A stretch of 60,171 bases of DNA, counting the filler, from Bipalium vagum (Eukaryota): the NCBI GenBank assembly GCA_037834085.1. It is 3 parts of 3 records of this genome, joined end to end, with 100 filler letters (N's around TTAATTAATTAA, not from the genome) between each part and the next. Parts side by side here need not be neighbours in the genome. Positions count along the whole stretch, not along the records: positions 26,332 to 43,364 come from JBBMKC010081363.1; 2 more parts are not named here. One strand, written 5' to 3'. Shown here in pieces: positions 26,505 to 39,249 of this stretch. How positions within the stretch are numbered: position 1 is the first letter of the stretch; each line of letters opens with the position of its first letter. The notes under the pieces were generated by a model. The model ran no database searches and was not told the DNA's origin. It saw only the letters and a list, made by a program, of their open reading frames with translations. A program made the translations under genes and the position numbers.

Positions 26505-27945
26505 TTATTTTAAAAAAATTCAATTAAACTAATTCTTCGAATCACTCCTTATAATAAGTTTAGAAATTTTTAAACAGAGACAGAAAGCGTTAGGTAGAAG
26601 TTTAGAAAAAAATTCGCAACAGGGTTTCGGTCTCATAAACGTTTAATGGATTCCTTGACCTCTTTTGACTGGCGTTAACGATCTCTCCTTTGTCCAGGCA
26701 GAGATTGTGTTATTTAAGCGTTCTTGAGAGCTGATGTGACTGATAAAAGTGAGAATGATTCCTAAGAGTGAAAAAGAGTTGTGCAGGTAGCTTCAAGCAT
26801 TACAATAAATTATTATTCATAATAAAAAAGCATTTCGTTTGTATTTCGTAAATTTTGAGGCCTTTTCCAGTTAGCCTCAAGTTTTAGGAGAAACGCAAAC
26901 CAAATCCAATAGAAAATATTGCGGGTCTTCTCAACAGAAAGCTTTCATACATTTTTTGTCATGATTATTATTATACTCATTTTACGGTTTATTTAAATGT
27001 GTGTATAGCGTGAAAGTAATATTATTATTAATAATATTTTTATATTTTCTAATCACATAATCTGGAAAATTAATTATAAGTGAAAGAGAAAAATGAGACA
27101 TTTTTAGATTTTCATCACTCAGGAATTTGGCAAATAAATAATTTTAATATTTTTTTCCTTTTTATAAAATCTTATTCTTATTATATTGTCTGAAAATATA
27201 AATAATTTTACTAAAAAAAGAAATGTCGATTTAGAAATAAGTTTAATCGTCTCTTATCTTTATGTTAATCTCATTAATTTTCGATTTAATTAATTAAATT
27301 ACTTTCGTTGGTGCAGCTCTACACCCACACCTAATCTAACTCGAATAATCTATGAACTACTGGTGTAACCTAGACAAACAAAGTAATTAAAACAAGACTT
27401 ATCATTGATAAAACCAAGTGAGATTTCATTGTCACTCAGACTCAATAACAACACAACAACAACAATCACACAAATTACTTCCTTAAGGATATAGCAGATT
27501 ATTTTTTACCAAAAAAATTCATATCTCTTTGACCTTCGCCAGTCACTTTAACGACCACTTTTCACCACAAGGATTTCTTTTCGAATATATCACAATTGCC
27601 TCCTTGTTCCTTATGTTTTTATTCTTTATTTTCAGAGATTTTTCTTTTAAAAATTTGTGCCCAATTTATATATAAAAATTTCTTGGTTATATTTTGTAAA
27701 AAAGGATTTGGAAAATAAAAAGAATTAGAATAAAAAGAGTTAAGAAAATAAAATGTAACAAAAAGTGTTAAATTACTCAAAATTATTTGATTAGGGGGAA
27801 ATAAATAAATTAAAAAAGGCTTTGTTACAGAGTAAAAATTTGGTGTTTACTTTTTCCCTTGCATTTTACCTGCTTGACAAAGATACAAACAACTCCACAA
27901 AGTGAGTGATGATTCACACAATAATCAAAGTCCCGATGTCTATAT

Positions 27946-28025
27946 GCCAATCACAATAACAACAAAGTGACCTCTGACTGACCAAAGGGTTCTATAGAAT
28001 CGGACGAGAAATCAGGTATATAAAA
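27946..28025 (+). promoter_or_regulatory. Candidate Pol II promoter (CCAAT plus TATA)
   Basis: GCCAATCA at 27946-27953 and TATATAAAA at 28017-28025 in a higher-complexity island; motif match only. Confidence 0.25.
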
Positions 28026-29587
28026 TTCAGAACTCACAAACTTACGAAAGATTAAGTCCAAAATAATTTCATAAATCCTGGAAAAATATTTTTGTTTAAG
28101 TACATTTCATCTGTAAAGTATTGGTTTGTTCCGCAAATTTTTAATTGAGTTAATGTTACAATTCCAAAAGTTTATTTGCAAGATATTATTAAAAGAAACA
28201 CGTTTCCAAATAAATAAATCTAAAGTTATTCGATGTTAAAAAAATAATCAATAATTAATTGACATAAAAATGAACATAACTAATTCACACGCATAATTTA
28301 CACGAATGATTTGCAAGCCCGCGGAATTCTAATATTTTGAACAAAGCTTTCACTTAATAAAATATCTTTTCCCTGATACACCGCAGATGTGAAATAATAA
28401 AAGTTTAGATAAAAATTGAACTGCGAAAAATCTAAATTCCCTCATAAAATTACCAGACGATATTTTAAAGACTCGCTTAGATTACGCCGAGAACATTTAA
28501 TCAGTGAACCGTGACCATTTGACAATCTCAACTCAACAGATGAAATGTGTCGTAAAGCTCGGCTGCATTCGGAACTTTTTCTCTTCAGCTTTCATTCATC
28601 CTCGTGTTAATCTTTTTCTGTTGAAAAATTCTGTGAAACCTTTCAAACGTGGTAAACGGTCATTTTCGTATGATTTCATATTTAATCTGATAGAGTGAAA
28701 CCAATATTTGTTACAAATAAAAAACTGGAAAATATGATACGTAAACACTGTAAAAGAAACAAATATTTATTTTGAGAAAAATAACAAAAATTAAATAATA
28801 ATAATAATAATTATTATTATTATCTAGGCTTAAAGTACAGAGCCTTATTATTAAAACGAAATTTGAATCCATTTTTGTGAAATAATAAAAAAATACCATG
28901 TCGCGATATTCATTTTAAACTTTATCAAAAATTTTATAAATATTTAAAAAAAAATTATTTATTCAGTAATTTTAATAAAACAAATTATTTTAGTTATCAC
29001 ATTTATTTTAAGTATTAAAAAGTTTTTAAACTATTGATTTTATTTTATTATTTAAAGTGAAATTAATGTTAAAGATGTTTGTTAGTTACTGATACGTTGT
29101 CGAGAAATCCTGAATTCATAAATTCAAGTATAATGTTTATTCGATGAAAATAGTTGAAAGAGTGTTTCCTTTTTATTATTTTAAAAGAAAAATTTTTGAT
29201 TTGTTTAATATTTTTTAAAACATTTTTATTAAATTAAGAATTAAATTTTTATGAATTAATTTAAATTTATTTTTTATTATTTAAAATTTAATCCTTACAA
29301 TGTCAACACGTTCAAATAGGTTTTACTATTTGGTTAAAATTCCGTTTTCATACCCCCAGGGTCACTTTTGTTTATCTATTTTAAGTAGATAATTATGTAA
29401 CTAAGGAATAATTTTAAATAATGTACGAAAATTAAGTAAATTTAGGATAAATAGGTAAAATTACGATAACATGTATGTTTGATAAAATATACTAAATAAA
29501 TAATCGTAAATTTGAATACATTTTGGAAATTAATAAAACACCATTTTAATTATTGGGCACTAAAAATTCAAATATTCACAAAATATA

Positions 29588-29687
29588 CAGGGTTTTTCAC
29601 TGGTTCTAATCAATTTCTAAAATGACTTTTGTTTAAATTTTGATTAAATTTCTTTTGAAATTTTGATTAGGCCAGTGAAAAACCATG
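29588..29687. mobile_element. 100-bp Tc1/mariner-type MITE
   Basis: TA-CAGGGTTTTTCACTGGTTCTAATCAATTTC vs (rc) CATGGTTTTTCACTGGCCTAATCAAAATTTC. Confidence 0.85.
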
Positions 29688-30265
29688 TTTAACAAGCTAC
29701 AATGATAATTCGTTCAATTTTTTCTTAACAAATAAATGTTACTAAAAATAGATATTCCTCAGTTCTTGGTTAAAACTGGAACCATTTTGTTTGAATCGGT
29801 TTTCAAAATGGGCTTTGAAATTGATCTCTCAGAACCAGTATTGGTTATCTGGTCCCGAGTATTGACAATAATATTTCATTGTTTCTTAAATTTGGCCAAA
29901 ATCTTGATTTGAGCTTGATCAGAATATTGTTTATCAGTCTGTGATCAGAATTAATTTTAAAAAGTATGATCGGAACTTTATAGTGTGAATGGTAAGTTGC
30001 AGGGAGACTTCAATTATTGATATGGAAAAAATTATATATTTCTGAGTGGAATCAAGTTCAAGATCGAGTTTATATATTTTATAATTTAATCGAACTCGGT
30101 TCTTATCAAAAAATGGAGGAATGTCTATCTCAAGAATGGTTTTTCTTTTTAATAATTTAATAAAAAAATTAAATAAAAAATAAAATAAATGAAAAAAAAG
30201 TATAAAAAATAAGATAAATAAAAAAAATTAAAAATAAATTAAATTTAAAAAATGTATGAAAAAAC

Positions 30266-30423
30266 NNNNNNNNNNNNNNNNNNNNNNNNNNNNNNNNNNN
30301 NNNNNNNNNNNNNNNNNNNNNNNNNNNNNNNNNNNNNNNNNNNNNNNNNNNNNNNNNNNNNNNNNNNNNNNNNNNNNNNNNNNNNNNNNNNNNNNNNNNN
30401 NNNNNNNNNNNNNNNNNNNNNNN
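30266..30423. other. Assembly gap (158 N)
   Basis: Run of N without a spacer. Confidence 0.99.
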
Positions 30424-31128
30424 AATATTTTAGTAAAATTCATAATAAATAATGTTTTTAATAATTTTGCAAATAAAACTACTTTTTAGAACCCCTACCC
30501 TGGCGAGGGCTATGAAATTTAATATTAATTAAGTTAATTGTCACAAATCCGATATTAGAGATGTCCTAATTGACCAATGTGAAAATACGAACTTAAATGG
30601 AAATCAAATTATATAATTAAATTAAATTTATTCCCCAAATAATTTATTTAAGAAAAAAATTTCAATAAATCTTGATGGTATCCAAGCGCAAATTAAAAAA
30701 TAAATTATTTTCTACTGGAAAAGCCAACTGGGAAGAGAGCGTCAAACAAGTTAACATATAAATTACCAAACGATTAATGGAAATATAAATAAATAAATAA
30801 AATATGTGGAGATTTATTTTGATTGTTGTCACGAGTCCCTTTTAAATTGAACAATGAACGAATTTGCATCTGATGATCGAAAATAAATTTCTTAAATTAT
30901 GTAATTAATTCCCTCGAAATTTATGGCTGCAGTTTCAGATGATTAAATTATAAAACCAGTGTCCCATTAATCTATATGCAAATGAATGGGTTTTCATTTC
31001 CCAGCAATCCAACTAAGATTGATTAAGATCTGTACTCAGACTGGTGATGGAAGTAATAAAAATAATGGAAAAGAATTAAAAAATAAACGGGTGATAGTAA
31101 TGGAAACAAAAATAATAAAAATCATAGC

Positions 31129-31129
<1 letters not shown>

Positions 31130-31159
<30 letters not shown>

Positions 31160-31195
31160 TAAATAATAATATAAATAATAATAAATAATAATAAA
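31130..31195. repeat. (AAT)n microsatellite, imperfect
   Basis: AATAATAAT run with ATATAA interruptions. Confidence 0.85.
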
Positions 31196-31663
31196 AATGA
31201 AAAAAATAAGAAAAATTGTAGTGATACTAAAAAATAATAATTATAGTAATAAAAGATTTAATTTTTGAGACTAACAATTTTTGATTGGTCGATTATCACT
31301 GATTTCGATATCCACCAAATTCATATAACCAGCACAATACATAATGAGGTTTATGTCATAAGAATAATGTTTTGTCTTTTCTAAATTTCTAAATGTTATT
31401 ATGATTATATTATAAATATATATAATATTTATTAATACTTTGAAATCGGCGTTACAGAGTGACATTTTTTAAACATAAATAAAGAATGAGCTTTTTATAG
31501 AGTCAGCCTTAATAAAATGGTGATACTTTTTATAATAGTCATATTTGAAGCATGATCACATTGTTTTAAATATTTATAAAAAAGTAATTAGTAAAAAAAA
31601 TTTAATTAAATCATTAACTATGAGAAATTGTCAAAACTTTAATCTTAATTATAGAAGATAATA

Positions 31664-31865
31664 TTGGGTGTATGAATTAATTCGATCCGTTTTTATGTCA
31701 ATTAGTTATTGATTATTTTATTAAGATATAATATTATTTTAATAGTTATTTATCAGACAAAAAAATCGAGGACAATGAATTACAGGTGCTAATCGGTGAA
31801 GATTCGTTTCAATCACAATCTGAGCTTATTAAATATTGACAGAACAACGATTGATTTCCGTTTGG
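31664..31865 (+). mobile_element. Mariner 5' fragment
   Basis: TIR-like TA-TTGGGTGTATGAATTAATTCGATCCGTTTTT followed by DNELQVLIGEDSFQSQSELI (cf. DxELxALLDEDSCQTQxELA). Confidence 0.7.
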
Positions 31866-31899
31866 CTTAAATATTTATTATAAAAGAAAATAATTACTT

Positions 31900-32185
31900 G
31901 AAATTATGGAAGGCACTAAAAAAAGAAGAACAGAACTGCATCGTTAAAAGATTGGATGGTTAAGATGGATACGATGGATAAATTAGATTGATTTATGAAA
32001 AACTCTCCGATGCCTACTTTGGCAAAGCCAAGATGGAAGAAAAACAAAGAAGAAGATTGAACACCTGTAAAAAAACGTTTATAATACGTCTGGATCCAAG
32101 GCGATTGAAGACCTCCAGAAGATATATACAGGTAACTGCAGACGACCAAGAAGATAGGTAAATTGTATTTGCGACTCGGCAAATT
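31900..32185 (+). mobile_element. Probable 3' end of an RTE-like LINE
   Basis: Frameshifted EIMEGTKKRR.. / MVKMD / RLIYEKL..GKAKMEEKQRRRL / TADDQEDR*IV parallels the RTE tail IKKRRLRWxGHVxRM..GRPRRRW..AQDRxxWR. Confidence 0.4.
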
Positions 32186-32934
32186 TTTCTGTAATATTTT
32201 TTAAAAAATTAATTATTTGTATATATATTTATATTTTACGGTATTTATTTCATGCACATTATATATATATAATATATAATATTTGGTTTTAAGTAATATT
32301 TCTGTAAAACAATCTTACAGCTTACATTGAAGAAAGGTAATTTTTGTTATTTTGCTTAATGAAAAGCGACGTATATAGATATACGTTTCAAAAGTCAAGA
32401 GACAGGTTTGTCTCAGATCTTGGAAAAATAAAAGAAAAATGGGAAAACGTTACAATTTTATATTGAAAAAATACTTTAAAATGATGATTTCTTTCATTCT
32501 CTTCGTATCACAAAGCCTCAGAGGACATTTTCCTGAAGTGTTAAAGATTCGATAATCTCAAACGCAGAAGATTTATCTTCAAAATAAGGGACAATTTCTC
32601 AATTAAAACAACTGTAAATGAAAAAAATCTAATGAAATAATAAAAATAATATTCATTTCTAAAGTAAACAACAAAAAATAATTGAAGAAAAATGTTTTTT
32701 TTTAAAAATATTTTTCTCAGGAAACAAAGTTCACAGACAAAAACACAATTTTTTTCATTTGCTTCTTTTTATGGAATTAATTAAATTAAATTTATTTTAA
32801 TTTATTAATAATAAGATCAACATTTTGGTTTTTCGGAAAGTTAAAAATAATATTTAATTATTCATGATAATAAATATAATTTGTTTCAATTTTTCAATGT
32901 ATGTGATACAGAAATTATATTATTAAAAATTAAT

Positions 32935-33185
32935 TATAAATTATTGATTATGTGTTATAAATTATAAACTTATTGATTATATATTATAAATTATTGATTA
33001 CATATTTTTAATTATTAATTATTGATTATATATAATACATTATTGGCTATATATTATAAATTATAAATTATAAATCATAAAAACATTAAATTATTAGTTA
33101 TTGATTATAAATTATTTTTATAAATTATTGATTATATATTATTGAGTATTGATTATTAATTATTAATTATAAATTAATTAATTAT
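32935..33185. repeat. Degenerate AT-rich tandem repeat
   Basis: Recurring TATTGATTAT and ATTATAA units. Confidence 0.7.
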
Positions 33186-33910
33186 TTTATTCCATTTAAA
33201 TTCCTTTATTTAAAAAAGTAATTGAAAAATATTTGACAAAATTAAATGAAAATATTACATTAATTTAAGTAATAATAGAACCTAATTTATTCACAGAATA
33301 ACTTTAAAATAAATCTAAAGAGACGTGTGGCGGTATTATATTAAAATATATAATTTAATTCGCTTAAATTATTGGGAAGCTGATAAAAGTGTCGGGATGA
33401 TTATTGTATTGTCTCCTGATTAATTGACGGAAAGCTTTTCCTTTAAAATAATATGGGACTTAATGATAAATTAATCAAATAAAACGAAATTATACATAAA
33501 TAAATAATATTTAGCATTTATTTTGTCTTTTTATTAAAATATTTTATCAAAAAAAAGTAAGTTTTTTTTTAAAAATTTTTTAATAAAATCAAATTTTTTT
33601 AAAAATATTTTTTAAAAATATTTAATAATATTAAATTTTTTTAGAAATAAATTTTATATAATTTAAATTTTTTTTAATAATATTAAATTATTATCACAGT
33701 CAGTTGAAATATTTTTTAAATAAAAATTCTTAAGAAAACGGTCGTTATAATCACTTCAATTTTTAAAAATTATATTATTCTCTTCAAAATATAATTTATA
33801 TGCCTTGTATTAATTATATTTGTTGAGGATATGCAGAAACCTCGACAGTCTCAATTCAAACAACAATTACCCCAAAGCCGGAGTCCAAAGCAACCTCATT
33901 CCTACTTTTA

Positions 33911-35032
33911 TACGATTGGTCGGAGAGTGATGTCCGATTTAAAAATTCAACTTTAATCTTAAACAAGTCAAGTATAAATGAATTTATTAATCAAAATAAC
34001 AACAGTTAGAGTGCACACGTGCTTGCCAACGGGAAATTAGCCAACTTATCGCAATCGCATAGAATTCCTTCGTTTTGGATTCGATAAATTGAAGGTAAGT
34101 ATTTTCGACCGCATCTTGGTCAAAAAAGACTTTATCTTTGATGAGAGGCCAAAATGTCGAAAAAGTGATAGTCTGTAGGCGATAAATCCAGAGAGTATAT
34201 CGTAGCCCATTGTGCGTAATTTCTGCAATGTCATTTGTGTAAAATGTTGGAAAACATATTAACATTTTCAATTGACCAAAGTCGAGTGAAGAATTTGTAT
34301 AATTTGGAGTAATTCAACTATTTCTTGACAATATAAGGCCACTGTAATTACTTGGCCAGCGGGAATAAATAATACCTCTTGTATACCACTAAACAGTTGG
34401 CATGACTTTCTGTTGGTGAAAGTTGTGGTTTTGACATATGCTTTAGACCATTGAGATAATCCAATCATTAATTTGGTCAACGCATGTGATGACCCGTTTT
34501 TCCTCGCATGTCACAATGAGCTTGAGAAAATGATCGTTGGTACTTCGTAAAAGAAACGACGAGTACACTTCGAAAAAACGATATTTCTGTGTTTAAATTA
34601 TTATGAGGCAGCTTCCTCAACTTACCCATTTGATTTAGGTAATGTAGAACTATTGAGTGACTAACATGAACAATCCTCAACAATTAACACGTTCAACTTT
34701 TCATTATCTCCTGAAATATGACTCCGCGACCTTTGTTGAAACAAACGACATATAATATTATTATTTATTAACTATTCCCAAGTCGAACTCGTTATTGATA
34801 TGTCTGCAGCCTCATGCGTTTTTTGATTCATAAAGATAAATCGCCCTCGGGATTATTTTATCAATGTTTGAATTTTTCATCAAAATTCGTAATATTTAAA
34901 CAAATGTCATACTTTTATCGATTTACATTTATTTGATATAATATTATTAAAATGTCTTATTTCGTTTAATAAAGTTCATTTGAATTTAAGGTTGAATGTC
35001 AAGATCGAACATTGTTTTCCGACCAACCCAAA
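33911..35032 (-). mobile_element. Near-full-length degenerate mariner element
   Basis: HFLKLIVTCEEKRV, GQVITVALYCQEI, YSLDLSPTDYHFFRH and FIESKTKEFYAIAISWLISRWQARVHSNCCYFD*; TIRs TTGGTCGGAGAGTGATGTCCGAT vs (rc) TTGGTCGGAAAACAATGTTCGAT. Confidence 0.93.
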
Positions 35033-35429
35033 CATTATCATTTGTAAAATAAGATCGAATCTCATTTCTGTACCCGATAAACTTTACAATGTATTTTTAA
35101 ATTTATTACACAGAGCAGAAAATAATAAAATGAGATATTATTTTATTTATAAAAAAAGATTATATTAAATATAAAAATAGCTGTTATCACCATCCCTTGA
35201 TTATACTAATCATAAGTAATATTTGATAGAAGTAATAACAATCAAGGCTAAGTGCTCGTTTATTTTATTTATTTATTTTAAATACAGAAAATAAATTTAC
35301 TCTTAAAAATATTCTTATGAGAACTGCAAGCCCAAGATTTGTGAAGTTTACTTGAATGCAAATAAAACGAAACGAAAGCTTGATTTGAAGATGGATTATT
35401 CTTATATTTTCATTTATTATGATTGCTTA

Positions 35430-37460
35430 ATAAAGGAGTACTCTCAAGTACTTCCCCGATCCATTGAAAGGCCATTTAATCGTATTAGACGTCACTTTAA
35501 TTTGTCAATTCACCGACATTTGCTTTCAAACTGATCACTTTTGATAAATTATCGATACATTTCATAGTTGAGCTCCACGGGAAGTTTGTTGAGACCTCTC
35601 TTGTCCAGTCCTTGATGGGTTAGGGCGATGAGCAAGTTACAACTCTGCAAAATACTTCATTGTCCAAAATTATATTACGATTTTCACTTGACTTACTGGT
35701 GCCAAAATATCATTGATTTATTTTTTACGTATTTTGACAAAATAGAGATATCTATCACTCTATTTTTCGTACTTTAAAGGACACCTGATATAAGCCTGAG
35801 CTTAATACAAAATTTTAGTCTATAAATAACGTTCTGCGCTGTGAAATATGTTATACCGACTTAAGTTCGGTATGTTTGATATAACTCAATCAATTTAGTC
35901 GTAAGGTTCGATTAAAGTTACTCAAAAGATGATAATCCTTCAGTTAAAGTATCAAACATCTCTGACTCATTGTATTTACTGAGTATAATTTTTGAATCTA
36001 TTTTAGTTTCAATTTACGTTCCCATTTGGTTTGAGACTACTGGTGTCAACTGTACACTACTTAACTGAATAATACTTCAAAATTTTTCCTTTTCCAACAC
36101 TTTGTTTGACTAATTCAAATAAATATAATATATTATCGCGTTTTGAAACGATTCGATCGTTTTTCCAAGTTTAGATTAACTAAGGGCTTAACAAAAAAAT
36201 AGATCAAGGAACGGTTCGAATATCGAAAATTTTTATAATTTGTGTATAAGGATAATTTAATGTTATTGAGACATTTTTTAAGCAACTTTGAACAGTGACC
36301 ACTACTTCTAAATGATGAAGAGATAATTTGACACATATGGTGTTCGTCTTAACGATTACGTAATGTAAATGAGGGACAATCTTTGACGATAACATAAATT
36401 CAAACAGATACGATTCTAGCATAACTGTATGTGTATCCTTTTTATTGGCCACTCCGTTTTTGCCGCTTGGTTTCGGTGTGATTTGTGGTGGAATGCAAAT
36501 ATATAATAGCGGAAATGAAAAGGCGTATTCAGTTTTAGTTTCCATGATTAATTGAGGAATTACTCAAATCTTTTCTGAATTTAAAAATGACTTATGGACA
36601 AAGGTATGCTCATTTATAATGTCGGGTTGTAGTTTTAATTCATCCTGCTTTGGTCGTTCCTTTTGCAAAAAACACTATTACTTAACCAGTGGGGTGCAGC
36701 CTGCATAGAGTTAAGAGTTTGCTTCAAAAGGACAGTTCCACCTGTCTGTGATGGAGTGAGCCTACTAATTGAGGGAAGTATTTCATGGCTGGTTGAATAT
36801 TACTTCTTCATCAAATACGGAAAGTCTGGAGAATCGAGTTATCATGCTTTCACACTCTGACTACTAAGATGACTTTTTGTTATATGGCCACAATTCATTG
36901 AAAGTTTCTGAAAATTATTTGGACATCGTATTGAGACTTGTAACTCGTGAAATAATGATCCTGCCAATTCAATATGATGCTCTTGAAATCAGATAATCTT
37001 TCTCCAAATCCATATTTCCCAACGTGGACGATACTGCCATACATGATGAGTTTAGTGACAGTCAAAAGTAAATTCAATGTTAACGGGTCATGGTGATCGG
37101 TGTAGGTTAGTTTTCATAACTTATCCGCCTCATGGAAGTATGACATAATAATAAACGAAAAGCTTCTATCTTGATTTCTGAGCAGACAATCGGTCAAAGT
37201 CTCAAAATATTCCGTCCTCTGTCACGGCTTTTCATTTAATTCAATTATTATTGTATGACTGAGTTCTAATCCCCAAATATTTTCATTCTTCACTTTGGAG
37301 GATGTGGAGCAGTTTTCATTAAAGAAGAGGTTTCATTATGTCTTTGTCTTAATCCAACAGTAACATTAAATTTCAATGCAGCCCTAATTCACGAATTTAT
37401 ATCGGTGGGCGTTGCGGTCCGCGTAATAAGCAAAAGTAGGCGACACCAAAAGAGCTGAGA
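35430..37460 (-). mobile_element. Probable decayed, internally deleted BEL/Pao LTR retrotransposon
   Basis: A 2-kb GC-richer block containing a possible PBS (TGGTGTC at ~37450), a Gag knuckle relic RICLNL../VIVKDCPSF..DEHH (~36340-36420), a C-terminal PSRTGQERS..TSRGAQL*NVSIIY (cf. PGxDGxVR..TxxG..RPxxKL) and a purine tract CGGGGAAG at ~35455. No LTR pair or RT motifs seen. Confidence 0.45.
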
Positions 37461-38512
37461 AACACCGCTTTAAAAACTAAGCAAAAAATTTACAAGACCA
37501 AATTTCTTTTTATTAATATTTTAATATTTGTCTTTTAAACAACATTCTGTCTCATATTTTGGAAGAGTTGTCTACGACTTATTGCCCCCAGACAAAAAGA
37601 CTGGATTAACATTGATATAAAGAATAACAAATGGCCAAATATTTCCATTGGAATGGTAATAAATAAATTACTTCTTTCTCCATCACGCCTCTCACTATGC
37701 AAGTGATGGTGATGTCGAAGTGCGGCGGGAGGGATGTGAGGGAAAAGGAGGGGGGGCAGGGTGACGAAGACTAAAAGTTCATTAATAAAATTGGCGGATG
37801 AAGTCCATTAAACCGGTTTTCAGTGTCAAAGTAAAAATTACTGTTGTCAATTTCTTGGAAACCGAAACAAATGTTACCATCAATTACGTTCCGTATGTGA
37901 AAGTGACGCAGAATTAATTAATTCTCGTAATAAAAATTAAAAAATTCTGATCGAAGTCAGTTCCGCTTTAAACACATAAATTATTCGAGATGTATCGCAA
38001 AGGAGGACAGTTTTTTTTTTGTTTTAATCGGACTCCATCGTGCTTTTTTTCTCTTTCATTTTTCATAACACTTCCAACGTTGGAACCTCTCCACCATTTT
38101 CTCCATTTCCCCATGACTTTTTTTATTTTAAATATCTTCCTGTAAATAATAAAATTTAATTAAATAATAATCTGTAAATTTAAACAAAAACTGAAGACTA
38201 AAAATGTAGAAGACAGAGAAAAGAAGTTTAAAGAAATCAGAAAATATTTTTGCTTAAATGAACAAAACAAAAAAATATTTTAAAAAATTAATTTTTCATC
38301 AAAAAAAAAACAAAAAATTATCTATTTATTGATTTTTAATTAATTTAATGAAAATTTTCAGTGCATTAAAAATTTATTTACTTCGTCAGTTTTAATTTTA
38401 AAAAGGCTTCCGATATTATTAAAAAATGTGGTTTGTTAATTTTTTTTAAAAAGCAAAGGGAAAGAAAAACTAAATTAAAGAGTTCATTGATTCGAGTCCT
38501 ATTTTGGAAATA

Positions 38513-39110
38513 CAGTCAACCGTCTTATTAAGGGCACCTCTAACTAAGGTCGGTAATTTGTGGATCTTGTAATAAGTTTAGGTAAATCACATATAAAAAT
38601 ATGAAGTTGGAAGGGCGTCCCTACAATTGGTCGTAAATGTTTGGACTCATTTTGTTTAATTATTTTAAAACAATGACCGAAAAAACATAATTTCATCCAT
38701 TAAAGGAAAGAAGCAAACCAATGATTTTCAATTACAAGATTCAAAACAAACAAACGAAGAATTTGTAAAAGTTTTTCGCCAAAGTGTAACAAGAAATTAA
38801 CTGACAAGTTACAAGTAAGACCTTGACAAAGACCAATGTCGGTGAACTGGCATCAAATCATGTGAACCGTGTATTGCCAGTCAAATATCCGAAATTAGAA
38901 CAAGTTCTTGTTGAATTGTCTGATACGATCAACATGTAAAGGATACCTCTAGCAGGTGACATTGTCCATAAAAATGCATGGTAATTCTTAAAACCGCTGA
39001 ATGGTGAAAAATTTAAAGCGGGTATTGATTGGTTTACCACGTTTAAGAAAAGAAATGGCTCTAAGTCTTATATGTTATGAGGTGGAACTGGCAATTTTGA
39101 TGATTCTGGA
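38513..39110 (+). mobile_element. Tigger/pogo 5' portion (CENP-B-type HTH)
   Basis: TA-CAGTCAACC terminus; VKYPKLEQVLVEL..IPLAGDIVHKNA..GEKFKAGIDWFTTFKKRNG. Confidence 0.85.
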
Positions 39111-39249
39111 TAATAATCGGTTTGAAGTTATTCAAAATGGTGATAATTTATTTTTAATAAATTTAGGTACGGCGTTGTCTTATGTAATTGTGTGTTAAAT
39201 AAATACAAAACTTTTCCGCTTCTATCAATTACATTCTTCTATCTAATTG

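Noticed and set aside
30228-30489. ORFs containing X runs
   Set aside because: They simply read through an N gap
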